Shown: positions 20,157-30,472 of the stretch, piece after piece
Position numbering within the stretch: the stretch's first letter is position 1
Layout of the letters: each line of letters begins with the position of its first letter
Assembly: GCA_023511795.1 (NCBI GenBank)
Contig: JAIMAU010000006.1
Span: 77,730 to 141,729, forward strand
Direction of reading: 5' to 3'
DNA from: Armatimonadota bacterium
GTDB lineage: Bacteria > Armatimonadota > UBA5829 > DTJY01
Length of the DNA: 64,000 nt
Made by a program: the position numbers and the translations under genes
Notes under the pieces: model-generated
The model's input: the letters and a program-made list of their open reading frames with translations, nothing else
Databases searched by the model: none
What the model was told of the DNA's origin: nothing

Positions 20157-21857
20157 TCAACTCCCCGTCTTTAGCGACTTTTCGATTTTTGCCCACGTAT
20201 CGCGAAGTGTAACTGTGCGGTTGAAAACCAACCTCTCGGGAGTAGAATCCTTGTCTACGCAAAAGTATCCTATGCGCTCAAATTGGTATTTCGTGCCGGG
20301 TTTCGAGCCAACAACGCTAGGTTCAACAAAGCAATCGGTCACCACAAGCGAATTTGGATTAAGGTTTGATAAATAACTTTGCCCAGGCTCCACATCATCT
20401 GGATCCGGCTTCAGGAATAGATGATCGTAGAGCCTTGCCTCAGCTTGGACAGCATGCCGGGCAGAAACCCAATGCAACGTTGCTTTTACCTTGCGGCCGT
20501 CGGGTGCATCTCCGCCGCGAGTAGCTGGGTCATACGTGCAGTGCAGTTCCTTTACTTCGCCATTTTTTTCTTTGACAACCTTTTCACACTTGATGAAATA
20601 AGCATTCCGAAGCCTTACCTCACGTCCGGGCGCTAATCGGAAGAATTTTGGCGGCGGCTCTTCACGAAAGTCATCGCGCTCGATATAAAGCTCGCGCGAG
20701 AACGGTACTTTGCGAGTTCCAGAGCTAGGGTCTTCCGGGTTGTTGATAACATCTAGCTCCTCAACTTGGTCTTCGGGATAATTAACCAAAACAACCTTGA
20801 GCGGATTCATTACCGCCATCCGTCGCTCTGCGCGTTTATTAAGATCATCTCGAATGCAATCCTCCAAAACGGCAATATCAACTACGCTCTCGGTTTTGGC
20901 AACCCCAATTCTCCTGCAGAACTCCCGAATTGCTTCGGGTGTATAGCCACGTCTTCGAAGACCGGCCAGCGTTGGCAGCCGAGGGTCATCATATCCATTT
21001 ACATAGCCGCCGTTTACAAGCTCGATAAACCGCCGCTTGCTCATAACGGTATAAGAGAGATTAAGGCGCGCAAATTCGATTTGTCGCGGATGATAAATCC
21101 CCAATTGATCAAGGAACCAATCATAAAGCGGGCGATGATTTTCGTATTCCAGTGAGCATAGGGAATGGGTAATTCCCTCGATTGAGTCTTCGAGGCCATG
21201 AGCCCAGTCATACATGGGATAAATGCACCATTTATTTCCCTGGCGGTGGTGGGCTTTGTGCATAATCCGATACATAACTGGGTCGCGCAAGTTCATGTTT
21301 GGCGAAGACATGTCAATCTTCGCCCGCAAGGTGCGCGCACCATCAGGAAATTCACCTGCCCGCATACGCTTGAAGAGGTCGAGGTTCTCTTCAACACTAC
21401 GATTACGATAGGGGCTTTCGATACCAGGCTCCGTTGGAGTACCTCGCGTTCTGCTAAGCTCTTCTGCAGAAAGGTCGCAAACATATGCCTTGCCTTTTTT
21501 TATAAGTTCAATTGCCCATTCATACATCTGCTCAAAGTAGTCCGAAGCAAAAAACAAGCGGTCACCCCAATCCACACCTAGCCAGCGAACATCCTCTATA
21601 ATGGCATCCACAAATTCTTTCTCTTCTGTTGCTGGATTGGTATCATCGAACCTAAGGTTGAAAAGCCCCCCAAACTCCTGCGCAATGCCATAGTTAATCC
21701 ACACAGCCTTAGCATGGCCGATATGCAAATAGGCATTCGGCTCAGGAGGAAATCGAGTATGAACGTGGTCAAACCGCCCACTACGAAGATCCTCTATTAT
21801 AGCCTCCCGGATAAAGTCGGTCGGGCTGTCGCTAGATACTTCTCTTTTTCCCTTCAT
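20157..21857 (-). CDS. glnS: Glutaminyl-tRNA synthetase
   Basis: [33 protein letters not shown] and QFERIGYF; GGAG RBS supports ATG 21857. Confidence 0.96.
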   Translation of the reverse strand: MKGKREVSSDSPTDFIREAIIEDLRSGRFDHVHTRFPPEPNAYLHIGHAKAVWINYGIAQEFGGLFNLRFDDTNPATEEKEFVDAIIEDVRWLGVDWGDRLFFASDYFEQMYEWAIELIKKGKAYVCDLSAEELSRTRGTPTEPGIESPYRNRSVEENLDLFKRMRAGEFPDGARTLRAKIDMSSPNMNLRDPVMYRIMHKAHHRQGNKWCIYPMYDWAHGLEDSIEGITHSLCSLEYENHRPLYDWFLDQLGIYHPRQIEFARLNLSYTVMSKRRFIELVNGGYVNGYDDPRLPTLAGLRRRGYTPEAIREFCRRIGVAKTESVVDIAVLEDCIRDDLNKRAERRMAVMNPLKVVLVNYPEDQVEELDVINNPEDPSSGTRKVPFSRELYIERDDFREEPPPKFFRLAPGREVRLRNAYFIKCEKVVKEKNGEVKELHCTYDPATRGGDAPDGRKVKATLHWVSARHAVQAEARLYDHLFLKPDPDDVEPGQSYLSNLNPNSLVVTDCFVEPSVVGSKPGTKYQFERIGYFCVDKDSTPERLVFNRTVTLRDTWAKIEKSLKTGS

Positions 21858-22057
21858 TCCCAGGCAATCTCCCTTTTTTATAACCTGATCGCTTCTTATG
21901 ATAGCATTCTGGACAGAAAATTGCCAGAACCCGAAAAGTTTCATCTTTTATTTTGCCACCCAGCTTGCAAACTAATTGCGGCTAGAAGGATTGAGAGCGG
22001 GATAAGCGAATCTACCAATGTATGCAAATAAAGTCAACCACAAAGGAGCATTAGAAG

Positions 22058-23020
22058 ATGGTCAAGGAAATCAAAGTGCAGGAACTTGATCCCGAGCGCT
22101 TCATAAGCGAAAAGGTCAAAGAGATTAGAGATATAGTAGGCGATGGCATGGCAATTAACGCTCTTTCAGGAGGCGTAGATTCGTCAACAGTCACCATGCT
22201 AGGACACATTGCCTTAGGCGACCGACTAAAAACAGTTTTCATTGATAACGGCATTATGCGCGAAAACGAACCCAAAAACGTGCAAAGCCTATTTCGCGAA
22301 CTTGGAGTAAAGGTTGACATAGTCGACGCTCGAAACGAGTTCTTTACAGCCCTCAAAGGAATCACCGATCCAGAAGAAAAGCGTGAAGCGATCACTCAGA
22401 CCTTTTATAAAAAGGTATTCGGCCGAATTGTGAAGGAAAGCGGGGCAAAATACTTGCTCCAGGGCACGATTCTAACCGATGTTGATGAAACGGTTGCAGG
22501 CATCAAACGCCAGCACAACGTTTTCGAGCAACTTGGCATCGACCCACAGTCAGCATTTGGCTATAAAATCATTGAGCCACTTATCCAACTCAGAAAAGAT
22601 GGGGTTCGCAAGCTAGCAGAAGCATTGGGACTGCCAGCCAAGGTATATGAGCGCATTCCATTCCCAGGCCCTGCATTAGCTGCTCGCGTGATTGGCGAGG
22701 TTACGCCCGAGCGTATAGAAACTGTAAGAAAAGCGACAGCCATTGTCGAGCGCCTGCTAATAGAAACCGGCGCGTTTCAGTATATGGCTATTCTCCATGA
22801 GGATAAGGTTACAGGCATTCGTAATGGGAAGCGCGAATTTGGCCAGCAAATAGAAATTCGATGTTGGGACAGCGTTGATGCGCGAATCGCCACTCCTACA
22901 AGACTTTCCTTTGACATACTAGAGAAATTAGCCTTTGAAATCACAAGCAAGGTGCCCGGCGTGGTGAGTGTAACATACAACATTACGCCGAAACCACCTT
23001 CCACTATTGAGGCAGTCTGA
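22058..23020 (+). CDS. GMP synthase subunit B-like protein (ATP pyrophosphatase + C-terminal domain only)
   Basis: ALSGGVDS, DPEEKR, PFPGPALAAR and ITPKPPSTIE; no glutaminase domain. Confidence 0.88.
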   Translation: MVKEIKVQELDPERFISEKVKEIRDIVGDGMAINALSGGVDSSTVTMLGHIALGDRLKTVFIDNGIMRENEPKNVQSLFRELGVKVDIVDARNEFFTALKGITDPEEKREAITQTFYKKVFGRIVKESGAKYLLQGTILTDVDETVAGIKRQHNVFEQLGIDPQSAFGYKIIEPLIQLRKDGVRKLAEALGLPAKVYERIPFPGPALAARVIGEVTPERIETVRKATAIVERLLIETGAFQYMAILHEDKVTGIRNGKREFGQQIEIRCWDSVDARIATPTRLSFDILEKLAFEITSKVPGVVSVTYNITPKPPSTIEAV

Positions 23021-23139
23021 GCAAGAAGATGCAGGCTATTAGGACGAGGTCCTACGAGACGCAGCATTGGATTGCGTAATCCAAAGCCTTTCCTTAACAG
23101 GCGTCCGTTGTGAAATCCCTTAGGAAGGATGATTAATAA

Positions 23140-24333
23140 ATGGCAGAAAAGGTTAGAATAGGCATCGTTGGCGTTGGGTCACGCGGGATTGGTCTCTTAA
23201 GCATTTTGCTCCAATTCCCAAACACAGAAATCCGAGCAATCTGCGACGTCAACGACTTTGCCGTTAGAAATGCCCTAGACATAATTGAGCGAAAGGCCGG
23301 CATCAGAGCGGACGCGCACAAAGATTGGCGCAACCTATGCGACCGAGACGACCTGGATGCGGTAGTAATTGCTACTCAATGGGAATGGCATGCACAAATC
23401 GCAATTGGCGCAATGAAGGCCGGCAAATATGTAGGAGTAGAAGTCCCTGCATGCATGACAATCGAAGAATGCCATGAGCTTATAAAAATATCAGAGCAGA
23501 CCAGCATGCCCTGCATGATGCTAGAAAACGTAAACTACCTCCGCAGTGTGCTTGCCATTACGAGAATGGTGCGAGAGGGAATCTTCGGTGAGTTGATTTA
23601 TGCTGAAGCAGGCTATCAGCATGACTGCCGCTCGCTGGCTTTTACAGAAGATGGACATCTCACTTGGCGCGGGCATTTCTTTGCAGAAAAGAACGGCAAT
23701 CAGTATCCTACCCATGCCATTGGGCCTATCGCATGGTGGCTCAACATCAATAGAGGTGACCGATTTGTCCGTCTGAGAAGTGTGAGCTCGAAGTCTCGTG
23801 GGCTGAGGGAATACGCACGGGCGAAGTTTGGGCCCGACCATCCGCTCGCTAACCGCGAATATGCCCAGGGTGATATCAATACAACTATCCTCGAGACCGC
23901 AAACGGCGTGACTGTAACTCTCTACTTCGATGTATGTTCGCCCCGCCCTTATGACCCCATCTTCCGCCTGCAGGGAACAAAGGGAATTTGCGAGGGAAGC
24001 GCTGAACGAATCCACATCGAAGGAATGTCACCCAAAGACCAGTGGGAACCCTTAAGTTCGTATTTGGAAAAGTATGACCACCCACTTTGGAAAAGCATGG
24101 AGTCAGAAGCGCTTAGAAATGCTGGCCATGGTGGTTGCGATTATGTAGTAATGCATGAATTTGTAAAAGCAGTTCGCAATCGCACACAAACACCCCAAGA
24201 TGTCTACGATGCAGTAACCTGGAGTGCGATTATCCCGCTTTCCTTCGAGTCAGTAAAAAATGGCGGCACACCTGTGGAATTCCCCGATTTCACATCTGGC
24301 AGGTGGAAAACCACCCTGCCACTCTCGGTTTAA
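23140..24333 (+). CDS. GH109-like NAD-dependent glycosidase (Gfo/Idh/MocA family)
   Basis: GVGSRG, EVPA, MMLENVNY, YPTHAIGP, GHGG.D and DVYDAVTWS. Confidence 0.85.
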   Translation: MAEKVRIGIVGVGSRGIGLLSILLQFPNTEIRAICDVNDFAVRNALDIIERKAGIRADAHKDWRNLCDRDDLDAVVIATQWEWHAQIAIGAMKAGKYVGVEVPACMTIEECHELIKISEQTSMPCMMLENVNYLRSVLAITRMVREGIFGELIYAEAGYQHDCRSLAFTEDGHLTWRGHFFAEKNGNQYPTHAIGPIAWWLNINRGDRFVRLRSVSSKSRGLREYARAKFGPDHPLANREYAQGDINTTILETANGVTVTLYFDVCSPRPYDPIFRLQGTKGICEGSAERIHIEGMSPKDQWEPLSSYLEKYDHPLWKSMESEALRNAGHGGCDYVVMHEFVKAVRNRTQTPQDVYDAVTWSAIIPLSFESVKNGGTPVEFPDFTSGRWKTTLPLSV

Positions 24334-24541
24334 AGCGCTGACGCCTATAAAACCAATTTTCCCAACACAAAACCGTAAAAAATCAACCATCCACACTCTC
24401 CAAGAGTGGTATAGGTGAGCATTGCAAAAGCAATGATATGTCGGTACAATAAACAAGAAACCTATGTCAAAGCTACCTAAAACCTTTAGTACTGCTAATC
24501 AGCTATCAACAACGAACCACTGATCACTAAAAGGACACACC

Positions 24542-25744
24542 ATGAAGCTAGGAATTGACGAATTACTTCGGAATCGAACTTTACAAAAGGCTATCGAAGG
24601 CAAAAGGCTAGCTCTTCTTGGGCATCCTGCTTCCGTAACGCATGACTGCATGCATACTTTGGATGTGCTGTTCGAATTACCGGGCTTGAAAGTTATTGCG
24701 GCATTTGGGCCACAGCATGGAATGCGCGGCGATAAGCAAGACAACATGATAGAATCGGAGGACTATATCGACCCAAGGTTTGGCATTCCTGTTTTCAGCC
24801 TATACGGAGAAGTTCGCCGCCCGACCAGCGCCATGTTGGACGTGTTCGACATACTCATTGTTGACCTTCAAGACGTGGGCACGCGAATTTACACATTTGT
24901 TACAACTATGACGTATATGCTTGAGGCCTGCGCTGAACACAAGAAAAGCATGTGGGTGCTTGACAGGCCAAACCCTGCTGGCCGCCCAATCGAAGGAACA
25001 ATTCTCGAACCTGGTTGGGAAAGTTTTATCGGATGTGGCCCGCTCATCATGCGCCACGGCCTTACCGTTGGTGAGATTGCCCGTTGGTATGCAGACCTCA
25101 AACATCTTGATTTGGACCTGAGAGTCGTTCCAATGGAAGGTTACAACCCCAACGAAGCACCGGGGTACGGATGGCCGATTCTAGAACTATCATGGGTCAA
25201 TCCTAGTCCAAATGCTTCCAGCCTAAACATGGCTCGTTGCTTCCCCGGAACAGTGCTTTTCGAGGGCACAACGCTCTCCGAAGGGCGAGGCACCACAACT
25301 CCGCTTGAGGTCATAGGCGCTCCAGATATTGATTTCGAGCGAATACTTAAACGCATGCGCTCCCTCGCACCAGAATGGCTACAGGGATGCTTTATCCGAC
25401 CGTGCTTCTTCGAGCCAACCTTCCACAAGCACGTCGGCAAACTCTGCTCAGGCATACAAATCCACACGGATAACGATCACTATAAGCACGACCACTTCAG
25501 ACCATATCGGATTGGCGCACTCGCGCTTAAAGCCATTCGGCTTGAATACCCCGACTATGAAATATGGCACAACCTTCCCTATGAGTATGAAACCGAGCGC
25601 CTAGCAATTGACCTACTATCAGGCGGCACATTCCTGCGCGAGTGGGTGGACAATCCGAGCAGTACACCAGCAGACTTTGAGGCTCGTCTTTGTCCTGATG
25701 AGCAAGCTTGGGCTGAAATCCGTAAACCATACTTGCTATATTGA
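24542..25744 (+). CDS. Exo-beta-N-acetylmuramidase NamZ family (DUF1343)
   Basis: FGPQHG, DLQDVGTRIYT, VLDRPNP, RHGLTVGE, PSPN and SEGRGT. Confidence 0.9.
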   Translation: MKLGIDELLRNRTLQKAIEGKRLALLGHPASVTHDCMHTLDVLFELPGLKVIAAFGPQHGMRGDKQDNMIESEDYIDPRFGIPVFSLYGEVRRPTSAMLDVFDILIVDLQDVGTRIYTFVTTMTYMLEACAEHKKSMWVLDRPNPAGRPIEGTILEPGWESFIGCGPLIMRHGLTVGEIARWYADLKHLDLDLRVVPMEGYNPNEAPGYGWPILELSWVNPSPNASSLNMARCFPGTVLFEGTTLSEGRGTTTPLEVIGAPDIDFERILKRMRSLAPEWLQGCFIRPCFFEPTFHKHVGKLCSGIQIHTDNDHYKHDHFRPYRIGALALKAIRLEYPDYEIWHNLPYEYETERLAIDLLSGGTFLREWVDNPSSTPADFEARLCPDEQAWAEIRKPYLLY

Positions 25745-25865
25745 AAGCTACTTGCATCCATACACAACCAAATCATAAAAGACAATACCGCCAAACAGCG
25801 GAGGAGTTCGCAGCTCTTTCTAACAAATATAAGAAAAAATACGACATCCAAGGAGACGACTTGCC

Positions 25866-28556
25866 ATGCCCAAGTCGATGATTATGCTAATAATATTATG
25901 CCTCACTATAGCAGCGGCCAATGCAGTCGAAAGAAGCCCCTACGGTGGCTGGACCGCGCTGAAGGGGAAAGCCACCTGTTTCTTTCATGTCGAGAAAATC
26001 GGCGATAAGTGGTGGTGCATTGACCCATCCGGAGCAGCGTTCTACGCAATAGGAACCGACCACTGCAACTACAATGTCCATTGGTGTGAAGCGCTAGGTT
26101 ATGCTCCGTATGCTCAGAATGTCCGCAAAAAATATAACAACGATGAATCTGCCTGGGCGAAGTCGGCAACCGACCGCTTGAAACAGTGGAACTTCAATGC
26201 CCTTGGTGCAAACAACTCACCATCAACTCGAGGGCGCGGCCTTGCGTATATGGAATTCTGCGGCCTTGGCGCGGATTACGCTGGGAAAGATCCCCTTGTA
26301 CAACGCGTCCATTGGACCGGCTTCCCAAACGTCTTCAACCCTGCGTTCGAAAAATACTGCGAAGAAAGAGCACAAGCGCAGTGTGCACCACTAAAGGACG
26401 ACCCCTGGCTTTTCGGATGGTTTCTTGACAACGAACTCGAGTGGTATGGCAAAGGTGGCGGCGATGCTGGCCTTGCAAATGAAGCAATAAAACGCCCTGC
26501 GAACCATGAGGGCAAAAAAGCACTTGTAGAGCTTCTTAAGAAAAAATACCAAAAAATCCAAGAATTCAATGCCGCATGGGGAACATCGTTTAACAATTGG
26601 GAGGAAGCGCTCAATTCTTCGAATTGGAACGAACTTGCAACTGAAAAAGTCTTTCAAGACAAAATCGAATTTGTCCGTCTTTGCGCTGAGAGGTACTTCG
26701 CCATTACAACGAAAGCCATTCGAAAGGCAGACCCAAATCACATGATACTTGGCTGTCGATTCGCAGGAAATGCACCGCCAATTTGGGATATCGCTGGAAA
26801 GTACTGCGACATAGTAACTTTCAACATCTACGGCCAGGTTGATTTACAAAAGCTAGAGCCGATTGGCTTAGTGGAGACTATTACAAAGTGGCATAAGCAG
26901 GCAAAGCGTCCGATGATGGTAACCGAGTGGAGCTTCCCTGCGTTGGATTCCGGTCTTCCCTGCCGTGCAGGAGCAGGCATGCGAGTTCGAACCCAAGCCG
27001 AGAAAGCAAAATGCTTCGAGGTATACCAAAAAACTTTCTTTTCCCTACCCTTCATGGTAGGAAGCGACTACTTTATGTGGGTGGACGAACCTGCCCTTGG
27101 AATTTCAAAAAACTTCCCAGAAGATAGCAACTATGGGCTCGTGGATGTAAACGATGAACCCTGGAAACTTTTCACAGATACCGTGGCCAAAGTAAACGCC
27201 AAAGTATACGAAATTCACAGCGGGCGCACATCCGAGCTAAGCATAACCGGCGTGGAAATTGCTGATGCAGAGGGTGGCAAGGAAGCACAAATTAAAATCA
27301 AGAACACCGGGGTAATTGATGCAAAGTCGCCCGTATTAGTAAGAGTCGACGACAGACAAGTGAAGCCAACCTTATCAATCCCGGCGGGAGGTTACGGATA
27401 TGTTCAAGTTAAGTATCCTCTGAAGCCGGGGGCACACTACATCGAAGCGGAAGCTGACCCCGATGGCTTGCTAAACGAAGTCAAACTAGGCGACAACCGA
27501 ATATCGAAGTTTATCTACGTTCCCGGCGCCTTTGGTAGAAAAAAGGGCATCCCCATCGGAATCTTCGGAAAGTCTGCTGGCAAGTTTACGATTTCTATTC
27601 CCCTTTCAAAGGCATCCAGCCTCTTAAAGAAAGGCATACCCCCCGAGCAACTAAAATTGATGGATGCGGAGGGCATGACAGTCCAAGCTGAGATATTTGA
27701 TCTCGACAACTCAGGAACAGTGACAGCGGCGGATGAGTTGGCATTCGAAATCCAAGTCCCTGCATCCCAACCGCAGACATTATTTCTAGAGATCGCACCA
27801 AAGCCCTGCGATAGTGATATCACAATAATCAAACCAAGGAAAGCACACTCGTTTAATCATGGTAGCAAAGGGCTTAGAATTACAAAAGCATTCAATAGTG
27901 GTAAGGCGATAGACGCTGTTAATCTTGATGACATGCCAATGGGTTCATTTGAAGTACTTATCCAGCAGGTTGCCGGCGACACGTGGTGGGACCGTCCAGA
28001 CTGCACCGAAGAGTTGGTCATTTGGGCTGGATCAACGCGTACAAGATGCGAGGTGACGTTGAGCAGAAAAACACCTGGCACTGTCTCAGGTCCATTCGCC
28101 TTCTGCACAAAATACGCTTTTGAATTTTTTCCAAAGAAAAACTGGTTCACCGCTCGGTTTATATCTCTTACGAACACCGACAACCGGCCGTGGACGATGG
28201 AGAGTTACTTCTACTATCCACAGTCGGCTATTGGCGGGAGTATGGAGGATGACGAGGTGGGACTTGTCGGAGCATGTGGGACGGGCGCTTGGATTGATCA
28301 GAAGGCAGGCGGATGCTACGGAATCATTGCACCTTCCTCATCGGGTGTGACAGTCTATTTCTGGAAGGACGATGCTGGCAACGAACACGCAGACGCAAGA
28401 AAAACAACAAGCAAGTTGTTAAAGCCAGGAGAGACTTTTGCCCAACCTGGCGAGCCAGTATTCATATTCTGTGCAACGACAAAGAATGACCCGGAGCCAT
28501 GGAAGGCGTTTGAACAGGAGATTGGATTACTGCCAAAATGGGAAATATTCCGATAG
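25866..28556 (+). CDS. Secreted beta-agarase-like (GH50-like) hydrolase with CARDB domain and C-terminal beta-rich domain
   Basis: Signal peptide; FHVEKIGDKWWCIDPSG, DPWLFGWFLDNE, DPNHMILGCRF, MVTEWS and NYGLVD; ADPDGLLNE...DN CARDB-like motif. Confidence 0.75.
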   Translation: MPKSMIMLIILCLTIAAANAVERSPYGGWTALKGKATCFFHVEKIGDKWWCIDPSGAAFYAIGTDHCNYNVHWCEALGYAPYAQNVRKKYNNDESAWAKSATDRLKQWNFNALGANNSPSTRGRGLAYMEFCGLGADYAGKDPLVQRVHWTGFPNVFNPAFEKYCEERAQAQCAPLKDDPWLFGWFLDNELEWYGKGGGDAGLANEAIKRPANHEGKKALVELLKKKYQKIQEFNAAWGTSFNNWEEALNSSNWNELATEKVFQDKIEFVRLCAERYFAITTKAIRKADPNHMILGCRFAGNAPPIWDIAGKYCDIVTFNIYGQVDLQKLEPIGLVETITKWHKQAKRPMMVTEWSFPALDSGLPCRAGAGMRVRTQAEKAKCFEVYQKTFFSLPFMVGSDYFMWVDEPALGISKNFPEDSNYGLVDVNDEPWKLFTDTVAKVNAKVYEIHSGRTSELSITGVEIADAEGGKEAQIKIKNTGVIDAKSPVLVRVDDRQVKPTLSIPAGGYGYVQVKYPLKPGAHYIEAEADPDGLLNEVKLGDNRISKFIYVPGAFGRKKGIPIGIFGKSAGKFTISIPLSKASSLLKKGIPPEQLKLMDAEGMTVQAEIFDLDNSGTVTAADELAFEIQVPASQPQTLFLEIAPKPCDSDITIIKPRKAHSFNHGSKGLRITKAFNSGKAIDAVNLDDMPMGSFEVLIQQVAGDTWWDRPDCTEELVIWAGSTRTRCEVTLSRKTPGTVSGPFAFCTKYAFEFFPKKNWFTARFISLTNTDNRPWTMESYFYYPQSAIGGSMEDDEVGLVGACGTGAWIDQKAGGCYGIIAPSSSGVTVYFWKDDAGNEHADARKTTSKLLKPGETFAQPGEPVFIFCATTKNDPEPWKAFEQEIGLLPKWEIFR

Positions 28557-28604
28557 AAGAGGCTGGTCGACAAAATCGTTCTTTTCACTCTTGATTTGTG
28601 AAAA

Positions 28605-30410
28605 TTACTGTGTAAGTCCTCGAGAAGCTGAGGCGTCAAAATCCCGCTTATTTGTTTGGCAATCTTCACCAAACGCTATGCGCATTAGATTGGTGGCAGC
28701 ATTCAAAAGGATGGCACCTCTAGCGGCGTCAGGATCGTCCACGATCAATCGCCATATGCCAGATTCAGTCCGAGAGCCACGTGCGAAGATAAACGCTTTG
28801 TCGCTATCATCCTCAAGCTCAATTCGCCAACCGCCGGTTTCGTCGCCGGTCCGCTTCTCCACTTGGTCTGTCCCCTCAAAGTTGACGAACCGGTAGGAAC
28901 GATAACTGGTTGATAACAAGGGCCAAATCTTGCGCACAAAGAGATCCTCCATGCGAGCCTTTATTTCGCCATGAGGCAAGGCAGATCCTTCTATGCGCAG
29001 CATGCGATTGAAGTGCTGAGGTAGGATAGCAAGTATCCCAGGCAGACGAAGCTTACCATTCGGCGGAGTAAAGCCGTTTCTTGTGAAGGCCCACCACAGT
29101 TGTTCTGCCAGTTTCGGTTCCTCATCACCAAGAGCCGCACACAAGGCAGTCTGAAGGCCATCACGACAGGTAGATTCCCCGAATATCGTTCCACCATTTG
29201 GCCCCTCAACGCCAACAGGCACATCATACCCATTTCGACGCAGTTGGTGCATCTTGGTGACGACATTGATTTCACCGGTCTCAACCATAAAAACCTCTGC
29301 GCCGAATATGCGAGCAACTTTTTCAGAAATGCCAGAGGTTGCATCCGAGACAACAACCGCCAATTTTCCGCCATGTTTGCCCGAGCTCTCCCTATGCGCA
29401 AGTACAAGAGCGATGTTCATTGCCGCTACTTTTTGGGGATGAATGATTGCATCTTCATCATTACCAGGCAAGACGATGTTCCCGCGGTCAGCATCATAAT
29501 CGAACGCAATTCCAAACCTTGCATTCCTCCGCTGGGCAGCGCGGGAAATTCTTAAAAGCATATGGCGACCGCTGGCCGGGTCAACGCCATCAGTATCAAT
29601 TGAATGCTCTGGATAGCCAATTTCAGCATTCTCTTCGATGGCCCGCACGCCGAAGTGCTCAAGAACCCTGGCACCGATTCCGCACGCAGCACCACCGTTC
29701 GGGTCGAGGAGCGCCGGACCTAAGGTAAGGGGTTTTAGACAATGTGGTATAATCCCCCATTCTTTCCCAATGGTGTCAAGATAGCCACGTTCTGCCCTTA
29801 CTCGGTGAAAGCTATTACTTATGACTACTTGAGCAATGCTTTTTTCATCAATTTTATTAATTGAGGTTAGGAAATCGGCGACATCTCCGTCGGCAATTTT
29901 GCGTACCTGCTTTACAATAGCCGCCATAGTGTATGCAGATAAGAGTGCACCAGGTGGAGCATTTCTTGAATCCGTCATTCGAACACCGGTGAGAAATTTG
30001 AACCCATTGTCGGTCAGCGGGTTATGGCTGGCTGTGATCATAACCCCGCCAGATGCTTTCAGGACTCGAACAGCTGTCTCAAGAATCGGGGTAGTAATGA
30101 TGTCCAAATTGAGGATTTTTAGACGGCTTCTCGTGGAAACAGCCCCTGCAAGAAATCCACAGATAAGGGCCGAAGCAATGGCCTCGCCCGTTGGCCTGGG
30201 GTCTCTGCCTATTAGAAGCGTTCCCCGTGTTGTTCCCCCAAGTACATGCCTTGAATAAGCAAAACCATATGCTATTGCAAGTGCTTCCTGAGCGTCCGAT
30301 ATCCCTGGCCCACTTCCAAAAGAAGTTCGGACACCTGAAAATGACTGTACCAGAGAAGAATCCGCAAGCGCTTCGCTCAGAAGTCTTATAATAGACTCGC
30401 TAACTTTCAT
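28605..30410 (-). CDS. Alpha-D-phosphohexomutase (PGM/PMM/GlmM superfamily)
   Basis: SGVR, GRDPR, ITASHNP, FDYDADR and SRTE. Confidence 0.88.
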   Translation of the reverse strand: MKVSESIIRLLSEALADSSLVQSFSGVRTSFGSGPGISDAQEALAIAYGFAYSRHVLGGTTRGTLLIGRDPRPTGEAIASALICGFLAGAVSTRSRLKILNLDIITTPILETAVRVLKASGGVMITASHNPLTDNGFKFLTGVRMTDSRNAPPGALLSAYTMAAIVKQVRKIADGDVADFLTSINKIDEKSIAQVVISNSFHRVRAERGYLDTIGKEWGIIPHCLKPLTLGPALLDPNGGAACGIGARVLEHFGVRAIEENAEIGYPEHSIDTDGVDPASGRHMLLRISRAAQRRNARFGIAFDYDADRGNIVLPGNDEDAIIHPQKVAAMNIALVLAHRESSGKHGGKLAVVVSDATSGISEKVARIFGAEVFMVETGEINVVTKMHQLRRNGYDVPVGVEGPNGGTIFGESTCRDGLQTALCAALGDEEPKLAEQLWWAFTRNGFTPPNGKLRLPGILAILPQHFNRMLRIEGSALPHGEIKARMEDLFVRKIWPLLSTSYRSYRFVNFEGTDQVEKRTGDETGGWRIELEDDSDKAFIFARGSRTESGIWRLIVDDPDAARGAILLNAATNLMRIAFGEDCQTNKRDFDASASRGLTQ

Positions 30411-30472
30411 ATCTACTCCGACCTTAGTTTATCGAAAAACAAGGTCAGATGTCTAGATTCTCACACATAAAC

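Noticed and set aside
19898-20160. Integrative element at tRNA-Gln
   Set aside because: No integrase and no duplicated tRNA 3' end seen; flanks are housekeeping genes
21945-22057. Purine riboswitch before the GMP synthase B gene
   Set aside because: Only TCTACC matches; the P2/P3 stems and loop consensus are absent
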